A stretch of DNA of 64,000 bases from the human T2T-CHM13v2.0 reference genome, Homo sapiens. Every line of letters begins with the position of its first letter. The stretch's first letter is position 1. The notes under the pieces are model-generated. The model searched no databases and was not told the origin of the DNA. It worked only from the letters and a program-made list of their open reading frames with translations. The DNA lies in NCBI RefSeq assembly GCF_009914755.1, contig NC_060940.1. One strand, 5' to 3'. This document shows positions 60,811 to 64,000 of the stretch, one piece after another. A program made the translations under genes and the position numbers.

Positions 60811-63748
60811 CTCTACATCAATTTTGCTCTAATTTGTGAAGATAAAGAACACTGAGCCCATAGCAAACTCTTCCAAATCAGTATTGCCTTTGAGGAATCA
60901 TAGCTAGAATGTCAACGGTCAAACTCAACCTAGACTTAAGGATAGGGCGGAAACTTGGCAAATGCATACAACTCTTGTGCTTTGGCAGTTGGAAAAAGAA
61001 GAAGAAATGTTAGAGGAGAAATGTAAGCTCATAATTATAACATAAAATAATATCTGTGAATGAAAAGGAAATTGGCTTACAGGCAATAACAAGATCAAGA
61101 ACCAAGAAGTCCCATTTTGTTGTTGTTTTGCTTTCAGCTTTGTTAATGTTGTTTTAAAGCCCATTATGAGCTCCTCAAGATTCCAGAAATTCACCAAGTC
61201 CTGATCCAGGTCTTTTGAAATGGAGGAAAGGGGAACAAAGAATTCCAACCCTAAAATTCTACTATGGGCTACCTGGAGGGGGCAGAGCTCCCCTGCCTCT
61301 TTGCAGGCCTTCATCTCTACAGAAAAGGTCAGGCAAATGGGTCCCACATCATTCAATCCTAACTGCTCCTTCATAGACTTCAGTTTCTGCCTAATGTGCT
61401 TGTCTGGGTCTAATTTCATGATGAATGTGAAGAAAGAGTGAGTGAGAAAGAGGTGTTTATAAGGAAAACCTAACTAGAGAATAAGCCAGTTGTCAAGGGT
61501 CAGCTTTTACCTAGTTAAAATGAACTAGGGTCAGTTCTTTAACTGGACTCAGATAAATTAGCAAAAATACCTCCATAGACACAGTGTCTCCCATCAGGAT
61601 ATAATCTTATGCAATGAAAATAAAAGAGATTAATTTTATTGTCAAGGGAAATATCCTCAGATTCCAGCATGACGACTATATTTTCACCATGGGACACATT
61701 TTTTTTTCTATTAGCTGAAGCTCTTCCAATGCAATATTCTACTGTTGTCTTTGAAGGGAAATTAATATATTCTCACCAAGTTTCTGTTTATTTGGGACAT
61801 AAGACGTGGGCAGAGAGGAAGGATTTTCATGCAGGTGTTCACCATAAGAAAATTTCACTCATTCCCTAATGGCCATTGCAAGCTCTTGTGGCCAACAGTG
61901 CCTTTAGTTAAACACATCACCCTTCTCAGAAAAAGAGTCTTGAAAGTCTTTCTAGCAGAGGCAGTGGTTGGTTGCCTTTCCACCATCTTAAGGGAACCAT
62001 ATGGAATCATGATTGTCTTCCTAAATTGTTCCTTTTCTTCTTCATTCAATGATATCGAGTGAGCTCCTACTGGGTATTTCAAATAATAGAATTTATCTGC
62101 AAATAAAAGTTGCATCTACTGAAGGCATAGAAGCTTTAGTGCCACTGTTGGATCTGGGCACCCTGCCAAGGCTATGTTTTAGTTATGTTGAGCTGTTTTC
62201 CTGGGTGAAGCCATCAGAAGTAGCTTCTGTCCCTGCTCCTGCCATAAGGGATTAGAACAAGGTCATCGCCAAAGGGAAGTGCATAAGGAAACTCAGCAGA
62301 TTCTGATGCAGTTGAAAGGGAATTTGTCCAGTAGAAGCTCCCCATTACTGAGAGGAAGAAGACGACCCAAGATAATTCTCACTGGGGAAAGTGGGAATGT
62401 CAGGCAAACATAGAAAATGGCAGGGAATTCAGCTCATGTTCCTACCCTTAAAGAAGATGAAGACTCTTTTTTTTGAGTGGGGGGTGCTTCTATAGGCACC
62501 CATGAGAGAGGAGAGACACCCAAGAGAGGACAGGCTCCCATAAGAGAGGAGAGACAGAGTCTAGAGTGTTACTGTGGCTGTTGGGACAGATTCTAGTTCC
62601 ACCCAGGGTCTTCACAGATCTTTCAATAAGTTTTAGTCACCCAAAGCAATTGAAAATGGTTTGGTTCTTACACCCTCAGCTACTTAGCTGAAACTGTTAG
62701 AGCTATCCAGGACTAAAGAATTCTCCTAACTTCAAACTCAAGAAAACCCCAGAAAAAGTGTGTGTCAGGCACTGAGGCCCAATGCTTTAGGTGCATTATT
62801 TCAAGAGGTTTCCCAGCATGACTTTGAGAAGAGTGGCAGTATGCATATTTTACAGGCGAGAAGCTTGAGGCCTTGAGAGATTCAGTATTTTGCCTAAGGT
62901 CATCCAAGCAGCAAGTGAAAACACAAACCCAGACTGTGGGACTCCAGAGTCCATGCTTTCAACATCGTGGGTTAATCCACCTCATCATGTGTGTGATTTT
63001 ATTTAATCCCATAACAAAGCTGTGATGGGATTTATAACCTCTCCTTTAGATATAAAGAGAAGTTGATAAACTTGAGTCAGTGACATTGCTAGAATGGGGA
63101 CCCCAGGTTTACCTCCCTTGGGAGCCCAAACATTTAACCACTCTGCTTAAAGAAGGAAGGAGGGAGCGGTTTTCCTGAGTGGAGTACAACCCAGTTCTTC
63201 AAGGACACATCTTTACCAAGAATACTGGTGGTGGAGGTTGGTTATTTGCATCTTTTATTTTAAGCAACACAGAGGAGGCTGTGGCACTGGGTTTTGCATT
63301 TCCTACCCATCATCACTGGATATTTTCCATGGGAGCCTACTGATCCCTGGCTTCTGGAATTATTTCATGCAAAACACGTCCAGCCAGAGGGTGGCTTAAT
63401 TGTCAGAAGCTCAATCCCTCTGATATTTTAAGTTTCGTTTCTTTTTTTACTATTATTTTAACAGTTCGTCTCGGTTATTCCTCATTTAACACTGGTTCAG
63501 TTAATGGAAAAGAAAGCACTTAAGAGAAGGAATGACCTAGCTAGTGAGCTGGCCATTGTATCTGAAATAAAAATCAATTGCCCACTATGCAGATTGCAGA
63601 AGAAGCTGCAAATAAAATTACTGTAAATTTAATTAAAACATTCCAGCCAAGTCCATACATTTGGTATTGATTACCTGGCCTGCAATTTCAGGGAGTTAAT
63701 TAACACAGCCTCCGCCTGGACAACAAGGGAAAGCCAGTGCGGGTGCTG

Positions 63749-63762
63749 GTTGTCCTAGCAAC
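63749..63762. promoter_or_regulatory. Candidate RFX X-box
   Basis: GTTGTCCTAGCAAC, a near-palindromic match to GTTGCC-AT-GGCAAC, in repeat-free motif-dense sequence; function untested. Confidence 0.45.
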
Positions 63763-64000
63763 AGGTAGGCGGAAGCAGCTCACAGATTAAATTGAAAGGA
63801 GATACAGAATCTTATTGAATTAGACTTAAATGCAATGATTTAAAAATATGAAGAGGCAACTTAAAGTTCAAAACACACTTCATGAGCATGAGTCATTGTG
63901 TGTTTCTAATTGGGCCAGAATGGAGTGTTTCTACTGAAGAATGGGAAGATGGAGTGGGGAGGGTGAAGGTGGGGTTGCTTCAGATAATCCATTACCATGA

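Noticed and set aside
60925-61419. 164-aa minus-strand ORF outside obvious repeats
   Set aside because: No recognisable domain or homologue and no supporting exon structure; compatible with a chance ORF. PhyloCSF or BLASTP would settle it.

Overview
AT-rich, CpG-poor primate genomic DNA, very probably human because it carries a near-pristine AluYd8-type element. It reads as intergenic or deep-intronic. I recognise no host protein-coding exon, tRNA/rRNA gene, CpG island or CRISPR-like array. The long ORFs in the track are almost all LINE-1, Alu or hAT-transposase remnants, or chance ORFs. About half the window is interspersed repeat: Alu/FAM, L1PA and L1M elements, MaLR/ERVL LTRs, hAT and Tigger DNA transposons, MIR, L2 and CR1. 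I did not find a convincing new biological system. The most unusual structures are mutational scars: (1) a full-length L1PA5-like element split into two exactly complementary pieces ~925 bp apart, with a TSD around only the 3' piece and a micro-inversion of target DNA at the second junction; (2) a 57-bp identical non-consensus tract shared by two neighbouring L1PA copies, suggesting gene conversion; (3) a ~130-bp inverted templated duplication inside a TA-rich tract; (4) several short fold-back or tandem duplications. A repeat-free, motif-dense segment near the right end is a candidate enhancer. Subfamily names come from recalled consensus sequences and need RepeatMasker/Dfam confirmation.
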